NCBI GenBank assembly: GCA_010405405.1
Contig: MU004231.1
Location: 2,846,401-2,910,400 of the forward strand
Direction: 5' to 3'
Length of the DNA: 64,000 nt
Source of the DNA: Microthyrium microscopicum
Taxonomy: Eukaryota
Both the position numbers and the translations under genes were made by a program. The notes beneath the pieces were generated by a model. The model was not told where the DNA came from. It did not search any database and was given only the letters and a program-made list of their open reading frames with translations. Positions within the stretch are counted from its first letter, which is position 1, and the number at the start of each line of letters is the position of its first letter. This document shows, in pieces, positions 36,001 to 48,412 of the stretch.

Positions 36001-39000
36001 CGTATAATAAATATACTTCTCTAGCTTTTCCTATTAACCTACGTAGTTATTTACTTAGATAATATTATTATTTACTTAAATACTATAGAGAAATATTATA
36101 AGTATATTACTTAGGTTCTAAAGATCTTCTAAGATAATAAGCTCTATACTTATCCTAATAAATACGTCTTTAGGATTAAGAAGATTAAATTCTATAGCTA
36201 TAAAGTAAAAGGTTAGTAAATCTAACCTTTATATAAAAAGACTACCTTAATTAAGTCCTAGTCTATACCTAAGAACGTATATAAAGTACGTTAATTTCTT
36301 AGTCTTACCTTATACTATTAGTAATATATTAAGAACTTTACTAAGATTGCTACTCTTATCTTTAATCTCTTAAAAGAGGCTAACCTAAATATTAAGAAAA
36401 AGAAGCACTACCCTATTACTTAAACCTATTAATATACTATAGCCTTTAATAGAATTAAGACTCTATTAACTTTATTATCTATCTTAGTAGTATATAACTT
36501 ATAAAAGCTTATAAAGCTCTAAATAGATACTTTAGATTATATAATTAATTATAAGCTAGTATAAAAAGATAACTAGGATAAATAGTACTTAGTTACTTTT
36601 AATAGCTATAAGCTAAGTAAAGCTAAACTTAACTATCTAGTATATAAAAAAAAGCTTCTTATAGTTAAGAATATAATTAAGAGATACTAATACTACTTCT
36701 TAGAGAAGACTACTAAAGTAATTATAAATTATAATAGCTTATAGTATATAAATATAATTAAGAATAATACCTAACGTATTACTTAATAGATTAAAGAATT
36801 CTAAGAATTTAATCTTATCTTTACGTATTATAAGGATTTCTAAGTAGTAGTTTCTAATACTCTTAATCGCTACTTAAACTTTTAAAAAGAATAGATTAAT
36901 ACTATTTAGGAAATAGAGCTTAAAGATAATAATAATAACTTATCTTTTAAGGTATAAGCTACCTTATTAGAACTCTTATAAGAGTAAAAAGAATAAAAAG
37001 CCTTTTATATATAAAGCTTATAAGAAGCGTTAGAAAAGAAAGATTATATTATCCTTATTAGCATATAGAAGAGGCTCTAAAAAAGCATTCTTAATTATTT
37101 TTAGATTAATCCTAATAGAGATATTAGAAAAAAACGTAGATATCTATTCTTAAAGAAAGATTTTACTAAAGCTAAGATATTTACTAATTTACTCTATATT
37201 TATCTCCTTTATTACTAAGACCTTATTAAGAAAGTATATAATTAGTATAGATACTTATTATATATAAGCTTTACTAGTATTTTTAAACTAAAAGGTTAGT
37301 AGCTAGAAATAGAGGACAACTTTTAGAAATTTACCTAGTTTTATTCTATATATTAAGTTTAATAAATAGATTAAAGTAGGCCTAAGTATAGGTCCTACTA
37401 TTAAGTACGAAACTTATAGCTATTTAAGGCTTAGGAAATTAACCTAATTAGTAAACTTCTATAGAGTCTCTTTAGGAACTAGTATATTATTTATATAATT
37501 AACTATACTATAGAATAGCCTATTATAAAAGTAGTACTAAATACTACTACTCTTATAGTTATAGAATTTATTTATAGAAAAATTATTTTAGAATATAGTC
37601 CTTTTTAATTATTAACCTTAGATAATAGACTTTAGTTTATCTTAGACGTAATTTTATTCTTATTATAATAGATAAAGATTAAGCACTACTTAATAGCTCT
37701 ATATAACCTCTAGTCTAATAAGAAGATTAAGAAATTTAATAGCCTACTAGGTATATTTCTAACTAAGTTCCTAGAAGGAAAACTTATAGCTAGCTAGGAT
37801 CTATATTTAGATTAAGTAGTTTATATTACTAGGGTATAAGCTTATACTATATTAAGAATATCTTCCTTTTTCTTTATCTATAGAAGAGATTCTAAGGACT
37901 TTAAAATAGGCTAAGTAAAAAAAAATAAATAAGCTAAATTAACTAGTACTATACCTCTTATCTACGTAATTACTAAAAATTACCTAGAGAAGATTAGAAC
38001 TACTAAGTAAGTCTATTATAATACTTTATTAAAATAAGCTATAGCTTTAAACTTTATTAATAGTAATATAATTTTAAAAAAGGACTCTATTATTAAGTTC
38101 TCTATAAGTTCTTATATACTTCTTAAAAACTTAAATAAAACTAAGTTCTAGGTAGTATAGTTTAGCCTTTATAAAGTCTTAAAGGCCTACTCTTTAGGAA
38201 TATACGCTTTTAAGATACTTAATAAAAGAGTACTTAGAAACTTTATCTATAAGAATTGCCTTATATAGGTATATATATAAAAAGAAAATAAATACTATTA
38301 CTAGAATTAGCTATATTTTAAACATAAGTAACTAAGTAAGAATAACCTTAAAGGCGTTCTAGACGAAGAGTATAAAAGTAAAATAAATATATCTACTATA
38401 ACTAAGAAAGACTAGCTTAATAGATTAAGAAACCTTTTAGTAGAGTTAATTAATATTAAGAGGTCTAGTACTAGGAGATATTACCTAGGTCTACCTACTA
38501 TTCTTCTTAACCTTATAAGAAAAGTTTAAGAAGCTAAAGTAGGTATTTATAAATAAGAAAAAAAACGCTTTATAGTAACTATCTATAACTTAAGTAATAA
38601 CTTAGAAACTCTTATAGCGTTAGAATATATTCCTCTTAGCCTAATTCTAGCTTTAGCATAAAATAATCTAGAGTAGATAGAGTAAATTATATAAAAGGTA
38701 GAATATTCTATAATATTATAAAATCTAGTAAGGAAGAAGAATAATAATATTTTTACTCTTTTAAATTAAAGCTTAGTAAAGGAGGAAATCTTCCTAGCTA
38801 TAATAGAATAAGAATTAATCTTTATATTATTAGAATAATAAAAGTAAAGAGATAAATTATTAAGGCTAAGGAGCTATAATAGGATTACTACCTTAATTAC
38901 CTATATATCTATATTAAAAGTAATAAATCTATATAAATAAGTATCTAATCCTAGAGAGGACTATTAAGGCATTAACTCTTTATTACTAAATACTATAAAA

Positions 39001-39267
39001 GTAGAGGTTCTTCCTATAGATTATCCTAAACCTAGTCTACTATAAGAGATAGATATAACTAAAGGATTCTTATAGAATACTAATATATTTAGGCTAACTA
39101 TAACGCTTAATAGTTTTATATATCTTAGTACTAGCCTATAATATTTAAGATTAGAATAAAGATAGTAAAAGGCTACTCCTAAATAAGAGATTATTCTACG
39201 TATAGATATAGGTAAGGTACCTATAAAAAAGAAAAGAAAAATTAACCTTTTATTATCTCTTTTATAA
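33047..39267 (+). pseudogene. gag-pol relic of copy 2
   Basis: Same motifs as copy 1: zinc knuckle at 34688, ALLDSGA ~34933, YLDD ~36052, integrase ~37430-37740. Confidence 0.9.
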
Positions 39268-39528
39268 TCTTTCCTAATTATATTTATTTAAAAAATTGTT
39301 TATAAGAAATTACTTTTATTTTATTATTAATTTAAGTAAACTATTATAAGCTATAATAAATAAGCTAAATCCTTAGATCTCTCTAGTAATCCCTAGAACT
39401 ATTACTAAGGATATTTAAATATAATAAGTTATCTTTAGATTTCTCTAGTAATCTCTAGGACTATTACTAAAGTTTACCCTTTAATAAATTAATAAGATAA
39501 GACTAAGAAATATAGGAATATTAAAGAA

Positions 39529-41037
39529 CTATTACTATACGTCTTACTATAATCTTATAGAGTCTTATCTTTTTAAGGCCTATGCTTATTCCTTCTTCTT
39601 ATTCTTTAAGAGCTTTACCTAGGCTACTAATTTTATAGTAATTTTAGCTATTCTAAAGTACTCCTTATTAATTAGTAACTTAGGAATGCTAGGAGAAGTA
39701 GATAATTAAATAATAGTAGAATTTAAACCTTTTTTTTAACTCTATAGTAAGATATAGTCTTTATAGAATAAATAAGTTTAAAGTTTACTATTAAACATAT
39801 AATTAGTATAAGCGTTATTTAGGAAAGGAGCTTTATTTCTTTTATATATACTAATAATATATTTATTATAAGTATAGATTTATAATAAGTTCTAATAACG
39901 CGTATAAGCCTTTTCTTACTTTACTTTTATAGTTATATATATTATAGAAGTCTTTAAATAAGAAGATAATAATAGAATATTCTTAGTTAAGAGTAAAGTA
40001 CTTAGATACTAATAGATCTCTTACTAAGGTATAAGCGTTAAGATATTAGTAACCTCTACTAGAATACTATTATTCTTCTAATAATATTTTAAAAGCTAGA
40101 AGAGTAATTCTTAAGTTACTTTCTCTTTTAAGAGTTTAACGTCCTTAAAGGTAAGATACTAGTTAGAGTTTAAGAACTTAACCTATTTTTTTTAATAATC
40201 TATACTTTTTTTAGTAGTTAGTCTTATTATATTTATATAACTACGCGTAGTAGATAGCTTTTTTAGAATTACTATTAAGCTTACTTTACGTTTATACTTT
40301 TAGAGTCTTACTTACTTTAACTCTTACTTATATTTATTACGTATAGTTTTAGTAGTTTTAATATACTTATAAGTATTTTCTAGGCTCTTATTAATAAAGA
40401 CTAGTTAATCTTTATAACCTTTTACTTCTTACTTTATAAACTCTTAGTACTTTATTAAGTTTACTAACTCCTTTTTAGTAACCTTATACTTATAAGTTAA
40501 AACTATTATAGAAGTTTTAATATAGAAATTGCGTACTTATAATAGGTTAAAGGGTATAGGAGTTCTATACTTAGCCTTATAATTACTTTCTAATAAGTCT
40601 AGACTTCTTATTATACGCGCTAATTCCTAAATAAGAGTATTATTAATAGAAATTATTTAATAAGATATTTTTAGCATTATAAAAAGTACTAAAAACTTAT
40701 AGTAAGAATAAAAGACGTTATTAGAAGTATTACTAAAGAGATCTTCCTTCTTCTTATTAGCTTCTAGGATTTAGTTAATTAGCTAAAAACTTATAGAATA
40801 GGAATAATACTTAATTAAGTTATAAACTAATTCTTTAAGAGTTTCTTTACGACTTAGTAAAAGGGATAGAACCTTAGCCTTAACCTTTTTATATAAATAG
40901 GTTATATAAGGTAAGAGCTATTTTTGCTTATTTTCCTTTAAAGCGTTAATAATTTTTTAATAAGCGTTTAAATAAGAAGAGTTTCCTTTATTAGACTTTT
41001 AAGAGCTACCCTTTTTTAGAGTATCTAGAGGAGCTAT
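39529..41037 (-). pseudogene. RIP-mutated intronless antisense accessory ORF B (~503 codons), unknown function
   Basis: Minus strand aaaATA GCT CCT CTA GAT ACT CTA AAA AAG GGT AGC TCT (about MAPPDTPKKGSS). One frame keeps RIP-resistant codons (e.g. AAG AAG AAG GAA GAT, GAG ATC, GCG CGT) over 1.5 kb. Stop position approximate. Confidence 0.72.
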
Positions 41038-41681
41038 TTTAAAAGCCTTAAGAAGTATAAATAGTAAGTTTTAAGTAGGGAGAATATATAAAGTTACTTA
41101 TATTTAATAATATTAGAAGTATAAGAGGGAATCTACTTCTACTAGCTTAAAAATATTATAGAAGTATAATAAAAAAGAAAAAGAGAAGATAATAAATTAT
41201 AAAGCTTTATAGATATAGGATTAGGCTCCTATCCCTATATTTACTTAGATTAGTAATTACTACCTAGTTCTTTATTACTACCTATACGTTACTTTTTATA
41301 AATTTTATCTTTTAAGGCCTTAATATATAAGTTATATATATCTCTTACTAGATTAAGTAGCCTTAGTATATCTATATAAACTTCTTATAATTCCTTAATA
41401 TATTATTACTAATAGCTCTTATATAGATAAATCTTCCTAAAAGGATTAAGGAGCTATAAACGTCTAAGTATTATTTATAATAATTTAACTAAGATCTTAA
41501 GGAAAGTTCTTAGGGAATAATATCTTAAAGGTTACTATCTAGTATAACTAAAGCAATAAACCTAATTCCTAGGTAGAGGTTCCTTATTAGTTATTATAAT
41601 ATTCTTTTTATTTTATTTATTTATTAAAGCTATAGTTATAGGATTTATAATCTTAGGAAAGTTTACGCTAGTAAGGAAGAA

Positions 41682-41833
41682 TATTATAATAAAGAATATG
41701 CTAAGGGATTAGATAATTATAGGACCTAATTAGGGATAATATAATCCTCTAATTAGCGTGTCCTAAAAACTATATTAGGCCCTTGGACTCCCGTAGTAAT
41801 TAACCACGCTTTATTTCTCATATTCTTGCAACA
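41682..41833 (+). repeat. 3' LTR of copy 2
   Basis: Ends TTGCAACA; preceded by the PPT and followed by the TSD. Confidence 0.95.
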
Positions 41834-44097
41834 GCCATGTGGCCGCAACGTGGAGCTTCTTCGTCCCATCTGCATTGTCTAAACCATCACCTTTCACGCG
41901 AAGTAATCGACACATTACTCCATAATGCCCAAATCTAATAACTTTTATCTAGCATTGCCCCGTCACCGCATAAAGGACGGACCTATCATGTTTACTCCGT
42001 ATGGTAACCCGACATCGGTGCGTGGTCGTGGTCGTGGTCGCTGCTTGTCAGACGCCCATCCTCTAGATTTATGTTTCTTTTAAGCGCGGATTGTCTTGAA
42101 TTGTGATTGTGCATAAAGCCTCAAAGCGATACAGCAATGATGGGGGCTGAGCGGTTGAAGTTGCCCTTCTAAAATATTTCCCCTTCGTCCATACCGGCAA
42201 CAAAAATGCCACACCAACATCATTAACTGGATAGGCATTTCCTCCTGAGCGATCAGAACATTCTGCAGTAGGCCGAGAATTCATGGCATCAACGGCTCAA
42301 CCTCCGCCCATCTGCAACTTGTAAGAACTGCATTTTAGTTGCTGCATCACCTAGTGTTTGTACAAAAAGCATGTCTATATTACCATCTTACATTCACTGC
42401 TGGATAGAAAATGCGTGAGTCATGATTGGCAATCTCTTAAGCAGGACTGCCCTTTTTCATCCCTTGCCTTATAGTATTCTGTATTCATGAGCAACGTATC
42501 TTACTGATACCTTGCGGGGAAGCAAAGAGTAAAAGCAAGACAACTTTCGACACTTCAAGATATTTGATTGTTCTGCACGCATTTGAAGCTCTGACCGTAC
42601 TCGGTGTGCAGGTTGGTGTTGATTTTAATGCGGACGCTGCGTCCATGCTCACAGCCCAGCAAAAAGAAATAACATGTCGCACAAGAACATTTTAAGACAG
42701 CCAAAAACAGTCCAACTCGTTGGATCTTGCAATGTTTTGTTATATCTTCCTTACTTAGCAGGTTTTCTGGCTGTAGAGTATTGTCAGGAAGTGAACAATT
42801 TCAAGGTTTTCGATCTCAGCACTTTGTTGTCATCAACTATGCTGATTATCAAAACGAGATTTCTACCTCTCTCATGATGCATTCATTCCTGTATTTCTTT
42901 CAGCTTCCCGACCATTTGGTTGACCACATGGCTCACACGTGTGCGTGCGCCAACATTAGGGACTCAGCTTGTATTCGCTTATGCAGCGCCCAGCCGCCCC
43001 GTGACACCAATACTAATGCATGTCTCAACAAATTCACGAAGTCGGTTTTGCCTTTTTATCATGCCCACAATATACCTGCACAATATACATGGTATCCTTT
43101 GTCTGTCAAGTTTCCCGGACATCTTTACCTACTGGCATATCTGATTGTTTCCTCCTTACCCCTTTGGTAATGCATACGATGATAGCTTAAGGTAGTTGAA
43201 TCGATCTCGTAGGTGCCAGCGTAGCTCACTGTGTCTCTCTATCATTTGCTTCTTTTTCTGGTGCAACCACATGGTTCGCCAGGGTTTAACTTAGGCTTTC
43301 ATTAGCTTCTTTGCTTGTTTATTTGATCAAAAATCTTCCCATAAGGAAACATCCTTTAGGATGTCTTTGAATTTGCTCGAAGCGAGCATACAGGTAGTAC
43401 TTGGCTGTCGGTTGTTATACCAGTGTACCCTCCAACTTAATCATCATGTTCTTCGAAAAGATGTTCTGACTGGCCAGCTGTCATCGAAGGCAACTACAAA
43501 TACGCTAAATTGATTCTAGGCTGAATGATATCAATGGAAACGGTGAACAGGAGGGAGCGAATTTGTCTGGAAGGCACACTTTCACTGTAGTTGGTGACCT
43601 CTTATCCTCCTCATTTACTGGCCTCTTTATGTGTCAACATGTGCCTGGAGTAGTTAAGAGCAGGTAGAACGCACTCCTGTCTCTATGTGTGCCTAGGTCA
43701 TGCTGAATCTGCGAAGTCAGACAATAGCTATGGCCGTAGTGATAGGGTCTGTGATAAGCGTCTATTTACTTTTTGTACCTTCAAGAACTCGAAACGCTCA
43801 CGTGCTTTCGATAAACAGGGTAGAAATATAATGTAGAGTATGTAATGTAAGGCGTTGAGGGGAGAAGTTAAGTCTCAGCCTGATTGCAGCCTTGTCTGTG
43901 GCGCATTTGTGGCTTAGAGCGGCTTTGCCCCGCGTCTAGCCGATCTCGGAATCATGAGCGAGGCATTTGTCAGGTTCACTAGTGCTCTCAACCACTTCGA
44001 CAACTTTTTGATTGCTAGAACTTCCTCGGAGACATATCACATACCTAATCCTCCCATACCTACTCTCATCCTGCCTTCCCTCCCCGAGTACGCCAGA

Positions 44098-45154
44098 ATG
44101 GCTCCATCAGTGATACCAGAGTCCGCAACAGACAACCAGTTCGCAATGGCCACTCCTTCAACACTCAAAACTCTCCTTCTATCACCACCCTCGCTGTCCT
44201 CGCACCCCGAGGCGCTCAACAAAGCACTAGCTGGTCATGACCGACAAGTCACAGACATTCAGATGCTTGACCGACTAGCGGCAAGCATAATTGCTCTGCC
44301 GCCAGCCACGTACGATCTCATCCTTCTACTTTCCGATGCCAACGGATCACACGTCGAAAGCCAGAAATTGCTGAGTCGCGATGTAATGGCGAATATCAGC
44401 AGCTCTCTCAAAACTGGTGGAAAGTTACAGAGTCAAGATGGTACTTTTGGAACTGTGCCGGGTGCCGACAAGACGGAAGCTATACTCGCTGGACTGATCT
44501 TGAACGATACAGGTGACGGCATGATGAAGCCGGTTGACTCGGGTGGCTCTGGTGTTGTCAAGCTTAACTTTGGCAAGAAAAAGGCAGCACAGTCGAACGG
44601 CGCAGATCTTAACGGAGCCACGCCGTTGAATGGAAAAAGAAAGTCTGACGAGCTTCTATCTGAACCGCCAGCTGGTGTGGGATTTGTGGACTTTGGGGAT
44701 GACTTGGACATTCCAATTATTACAGGAGACGATGACGACCTTATTGACGAGGATGATTTATTGACAGAGGAGGACATGAAGATGGGAATTGTTCAACGTA
44801 AGTCTACTTGTATCCCTTTCGATATCACATACCTAAATCAATACAGCTCCCGAGTGCCAACCAAAAACTGGCAAGCGTCGTCGCGCATGCAAAGACTGTA
44901 GCTGTGGGCTGAAAGAAAAGCTGGAAGCCGAAGACGCTTCAAAAAGAGATCAAGCAGATACTGCACTCAACACTCTCAAATTAGATGCGGATGATCTTGC
45001 CGAAGTTGACTTTACGGTCCAAGGTAAAGTCGGAAGCTGTGGTAATTGTTCACTGGGAGATGCCTTCCGCTGCGCTGGATGTCCGTATATTGGTTTGCCA
45101 GCTTTCAAGCCAGGGGAAGAAGTAAGGCTTTTGAACGACGATATTCAACTCTGA
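44098..45154 (+). CDS. DRE2: Fe-S cluster assembly protein Dre2/anamorsin (one intron)
   Basis: DIQMLDRL, acidic linker [22 protein letters not shown] and [29 protein letters not shown]. Confidence 0.95.
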
Positions 45155-45799
45155 AGTAGAGCTTCTTTGTTATCATACTGTATTGTACACTATAGAGTAG
45201 CTGTTGGGTAGTAATCAATAGGTCTGTATCCTCATTATGCGCTTAAAACGATGCAGTTCTGTCATAAACGGAGTTGTTGACTACACAGGTCTGATGTTCT
45301 TCTAAAACGTGGAATAATAGCTAGCTGCTACTCTGGAGAGTATCGTTGCCAGGGGTCCGAATCCGACTCTACTCTACACACCCAAGTATGCAACCTCGCA
45401 TTTAGCATCTTGTCCTGAACTCACAAACAACTCTCTCATACTCAATATCAAGTATTAACCTTTCATTAAGTACATTGAGTGAATGATCACGCTTTTACTG
45501 TCTTATGAACATCTGCAAGCAGCTTTTCTCACTCTACTCTAGGGCAGTTGGCATATGTCACCGCTCCTGAGATAGGTACACAGACCTGGCCGTTCGAAAC
45601 CCTTTGGAAACCAGCAACTCTGCTATACCAAAGTTCTTGTTTCTGATTACACATTATCGACAATTTCTCAGTCAAAGACGACTTAACAACAGCACACAGT
45701 CAATAGTTCCATCTCTCACGCTTCTTGACCATAAGCAAAGGGCCTCTTCGATAGGTTTCGGATAGTCCGGATTGCTTCATAAGATATATTCTGCAAGCG

Positions 45800-46648
45800 A
45801 TGTCCAAGTCTTCTACCTTAGCTTTCACCGGCTTCAATCAACTGTCTGCGAATGTCTTCTACTGCGACCCTCTACAGAAGTCAGGCCCTTCAGAGACCAC
45901 CAGCACATCAGCGTCAGAAAATGCTCCCAGTCTGGTTATTCTGGCAACCTGGATGGGCGCTGTAACGCGGCCAATTGCGAAATACCTCGCCGGCTACCAA
46001 ACACTATATCCCAAGACGCCAATTCTCCTGCTTAGAAATGAGACATCAGATGTCATGTATCGTTCCACACGCACTCAAATCAGTCGTCTCCAACCAGCTC
46101 TAGAAGTTCTAGAGATAGCAAAAGAAACTCCGTCAGCACGAATCCTGCTTCACTTCTTCTCCAATGGTGGCTCCATACAAATACGTACTCTGGCTCAAAT
46201 GTACAAAGCCAAATACAACGCGCCATTGCCAGTCACCGGCATGATTCTCGACTCCTGTCCTGGCCTCGAAGATCTACAGACAAACTACAACGCTTTCGCA
46301 GTCGGTCTGCCAAAATTCTGGCTCCTTCGCGCATTGGCTATGACCATCATTTCCATCTTCTTTCTTGGGCATTATATTGCCAACATCGTCTTTGGGAAGG
46401 AACCATTTTTGCGAAAGCTTAGAAGACAGCTCAATGATCCATCTCTCTTCCCGACCTCCGCACCGCGAGTTTATGTTTATTCCAAGACGGATGACATGGT
46501 CAGATGGCAAGATGTGGAGAGTCATGCGGCCGAAGCTGCGACAAAGGGATGGAGTGTGAAGACTGATCGTTTTGAGGAGAGTAAGCATGTTGGTCATATG
46601 GTTGTTGATGCACAAAGGTATTGGGCAAACGTAAAGAGTGTAGCATAA
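45800..46648 (+). CDS. DUF829/TMEM53 (PaxU-like) alpha/beta-hydrolase-fold protein
   Basis: WMGA..IAKY, HFFSNGG, ILDSCPG, YVYSKTDDMV, SKHVGHM. Confidence 0.88.
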   Translation: MSKSSTLAFTGFNQLSANVFYCDPLQKSGPSETTSTSASENAPSLVILATWMGAVTRPIAKYLAGYQTLYPKTPILLLRNETSDVMYRSTRTQISRLQPALEVLEIAKETPSARILLHFFSNGGSIQIRTLAQMYKAKYNAPLPVTGMILDSCPGLEDLQTNYNAFAVGLPKFWLLRALAMTIISIFFLGHYIANIVFGKEPFLRKLRRQLNDPSLFPTSAPRVYVYSKTDDMVRWQDVESHAAEAATKGWSVKTDRFEESKHVGHMVVDAQRYWANVKSVA

Positions 46649-46680
46649 GACTTAAGAGTGGCTGTTGTTATACTATAGAT

Positions 46681-48079
46681 TTATGTAGAACCTAGTCTAG
46701 ATGCTATAAACTTTCGTTTTTCTTCCGTTCTGATTATCAATCAGTATGCAGTATAGAATAGAAGTCCAATACACTCACATCGGTATCACCGATCCATGCC
46801 GACAAGGCTTGGGAAGTGTAAAGTTGTTCGACGGTTTCCAACTCGCTCGATAAATGTCAGTTGTCTCGAAAGGAACATAACCACGACCTGCTCACATCAT
46901 TTATTAGCTTTGAAGGTACGATGTGAAAGTCTTTCTCACCACCAAACTCGTCAATGAACAAATGCCACTATCTCGGTTAGCTATTTCCACTAGACTATAT
47001 CCCAGGCGTATACATACCTTATCGTTCTGCAAATTGTTCTTAAACACTAACGGCCCTTCGCCTTGTTTGATGGACCCCTTGCCAATGCCAACTTTCACAT
47101 CTGTCCATTTACCTGTCACGCCATCGCTAACTTCCTGCACAATGAATTTGCCATCTACGCTTTTACCTTCGCCAACACCATTGCTGCGTTCGTCTTTGCT
47201 GAAGCGATAAAATTTTGAACTTGATTCGTCGTATACTACGCCAGCGTCAATCACACTGTGGCCAGAGTCAATGTGTACCGTGGCTGGTGAGAAGGTTATG
47301 AAGTCTTTGGTTGTGGCTCTCATGATGCGGTGATAGGTACTACCATTGTGGTTGCTGTTTCCAGCCGGGTAAAGAGAACTTGCCCAGAAGACGTGATATT
47401 CATTCGAACTGGAGTCGTAGATTGCTTTTGGTGCCCAGCTGATTCTGTATCAGTAAGGCGCTTGCAAGATAAAGATCGGTGTACTGACGTGTTTCCCGCT
47501 GTGTCTGGGGCAATTTTGACCAGTCTGATCTAGCATTAGAAACTTGTGTTTCCTTCAAGATACGTATCGTACCTGGGGCCTTGCCAATCAAGAAGATTGC
47601 TACTTTCCCATATTAGAATGGATTTGCTCCCTTGTCTTTGAGAGGTATCCCACGACATGCCGCTCTTATACATCTTCAGATCCTAGATTTGCTATTAGCC
47701 AAAAGCTATGAGCAGGAAGACGCACCTACAGTAGCCAACAGCCAGAACTTGGAGCCATCGTAAGAGCGTATAAGATAAGGATCCCTCACCCCCTTCGTGC
47801 CAACATTCGATACCAATACCGGGTGTCCGCCCTTCAATGCTCTCCACTCAAGGGGGTCATTTGCTTCACTCAAAGCAAAGTATACTTGTTCTCCATTCTG
47901 TAGTCCTTCTCCTGTGAACTGAAGACTTGCGGTTAGCTTTCAGGCAACAAAGATCTTCGATAGAGATGAAAACTCACATATGCAAAGAGGTAAGCTGAAT
48001 GGTTTGGCATACAGATTGCCTGTTCCACCTGGAAGAGAAATATCAAAAGAACAAGAAATGAGTGACACCAGCGGAACAT
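46681..48079 (-). CDS. Secreted glycoside hydrolase family 43 protein, multi-exon
   Basis: Signal peptide; GVRDPYLIRS, ATDL, WAPKA, VIDA, EGPLVFK, WHLFIDEFG, RHGSVIP. Confidence 0.85.
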
Positions 48080-48412
48080 GACTGAAGTCTTTGCTACAAA
48101 GCACAACTCACACATTATATGAACGAAGTGCTCGTAGTCGGCGTTGATATCTCCAATTTCTGTTGCACGGTTCACTTTGAGGGGTTTGAGGCTATATTTT
48201 GAATATATGGGGTTACTATACCAGTCGAAGATCATTTAGTAAACCAAGGACACGGCTAATTACAAGTTTAGAACACTCAGCTATATTGGGCACCTTAAGC
48301 GAAGCTTAAAATGTAACTTTGAAGCATGACGTCTAACCGTATTTTTGCAATCATGCTTTCATTCTGGCAAACATCACTATTCGTTATATAAATATATCTA
48401 GATAACCCTACA

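Larger units (their letters stand above)
32231..41833 (+). mobile_element. Ty3/Gypsy LTR retrotransposon, full-length, RIP-inactivated (copy 2)
   Basis: Intact TGTTG...CAACA termini; TSD GCCAT at 32226-32230 and 41834-41838; collinear with copy 1 at offset ~31807 through pol. Confidence 0.97.

Noticed and set aside
423..41833. Composite transposon or Starship-like unit carrying the ~22 kb gene block between the two retroelements
   Set aside because: Each copy has its own distinct TSD, so they are independent insertions. The enclosed genes are mostly housekeeping and no tyrosine recombinase captain is seen.
43954..44097. Longer N-termini for DRE2 (43954) and the heme lyase (49927) given in the ORF track
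   Set aside because: Downstream ATGs (44098, 50134) have better context and fit the family N-termini.
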